Below, piece by piece: positions 62,631-64,000 of a DNA stretch of 64,000 bases. The stretch comes from Balanoglossus misakiensis. Taxonomy: Eukaryota > Animalia > Hemichordata. Every line of letters begins with the position of its first letter. The first letter of the stretch is position 1. The stretch lies in assembly GCA_040954595.2 (NCBI GenBank), contig CM082583.2:2180925-2244924 (forward strand). Direction: 5' to 3'. The position numbers and the translations under genes are program-made. The notes below the pieces were generated by a model. It was not told the origin of the DNA, made no database searches, and saw only the letters and a list, made by a program, of their open reading frames with translations.

Positions 62631-64000
62631 ACTGATAATATACCAATTTGCTTGTTAATTTGAGGAATTTTACCTGGTGAAATAACAATTTGTATTTTTA
62701 TCTGTCTAGCTGAATTTTGGTGATTATCATTATGCTCCATATTTGCCTTTGTACTTTTACAAATATTTTAATCGAGGTTGAAGATATGTAACACCACTAA
62801 TATGTAGATTTTTATGTATTTGATAATAAACAGAGGTCGCGATAACATTTTTTTGAGTGCGTATTTTTGATGCAATCATAAAAAAATGTGTCAAACTCCT
62901 TTTACTTAGCCTGCGTCGTACACATGTCTAATTCAAAATTCATCAAACAAAATTAGCTACATTTTGAGTACAAAAAGTCGGGCACACAAGTGATTATTTT
63001 GATTCCAGGGGATAGTCAGCGGTATGCGTACGTTGACCATTGTACAAATAGAGAGGCCATTCCTATGCGTCAATATTGATGCACTTAATAAGATTTTCAC
63101 GTCAAATGACTATTTTGGCGTCAAATATACATAATTTTTGCGTAAACACGACCTCTGATAAATGCAAATTTTTTTTTTTAATAAACAGCAAAAATGGATG
63201 CATGGGCTGTTGAATTTCAGTCACCATGACGATGCATGTAGTCTGTGACAAACGTAACATTCCATACAAAGCGTATGATTTCATTTTTTTGAGTGTCTAG
63301 CTATTACATTATATTTTCAGCGAATTTACATGCAACACATTGCAGGATGCTACAATCTCTAGTGCAAATTTGTTTGCGAAATTATGTTTGGCTTTACATT
63401 ATATGACAAAAGTGAACATATGTGCATGACTGCCAGATGCTGTTATTTTTCATTTGTCAAGTATACCTGGTCTCATTCACTGGCTTTAGAGAGGCTTTAT
63501 ATATACAGACTCGCCAATAAGTATTTACGCACCTTGACAATGAATGTAAGCTATGAAAGATTATTCACAAAAGCGATCGACTGTAACTTATTTCTGAATA
63601 TAAATAACTTACGGAAGGTTTAACCCATTTTAGTCAACACAGATGTGTTGCCGCGCCGAATTTGACTGCATAAGTGGCGAGTTTTTCGGCCAGTGAAATT
63701 TCCTATGATTATTGCAATGGCGGTATACTCATTAACATCTCATTTTCATTAACTTTTCGCGCCATTGTGTCCGTGGCTAATTTCCCTCTATTCATATTTA
63801 AATCTCCACCAATCAGAGCTTTTAAAAATAATTCTGATTAAATTTTGGGGCGGGAAAATCTGCTAGATTTGCTTATGAATATTCTGATCGAGGTCGTCGG
63901 AGGTTGCTGCATAATTTTTGTTTGTAAACATTGAATCAATGAAATCATGCCCACAGTTCGTGAACTTCCTGAATTTGTGAAAGGTCAAATTGAGGCACTG

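Overview
Eukaryotic, AT-rich animal genomic DNA; an invertebrate origin is inferred from the TE repertoire. The only host-gene piece I can support is one 144-nt internal exon of an SLC16/MCT-family MFS transporter (450-593, +). The other ~63 kb looks like intronic or intergenic DNA packed with transposons. These include Helentron/HINE elements carrying a herpes-tegument-like deubiquitinase remnant and a spliced OB-fold remnant. A decayed Gypsy hosts a five-level nest: THAP/SAP DNA transposon > hAT > MuDR-like foldback > Harbinger MITE. There are two Crypton (DUF3504) remnants plus hairpin-bearing Crypton-like MITEs. A young, complete tyrosine-recombinase retrotransposon with split direct repeats lies at 32941-38895 (Gag, RT/RNaseH/MTase-like, ALOG-YR). 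Further on are a 5'-truncated L1/Tx1 LINE, a very young Gypsy with identical LTRs (49352-54758), many MITEs and an old inverted duplication. The most striking observation is in the YR retrotransposon: one 80-codon leader exon has a phase-0 donor that could splice in frame to three separate acceptors, in front of gag, pol and the recombinase. All family assignments come from motif recognition by eye, not from database searches.
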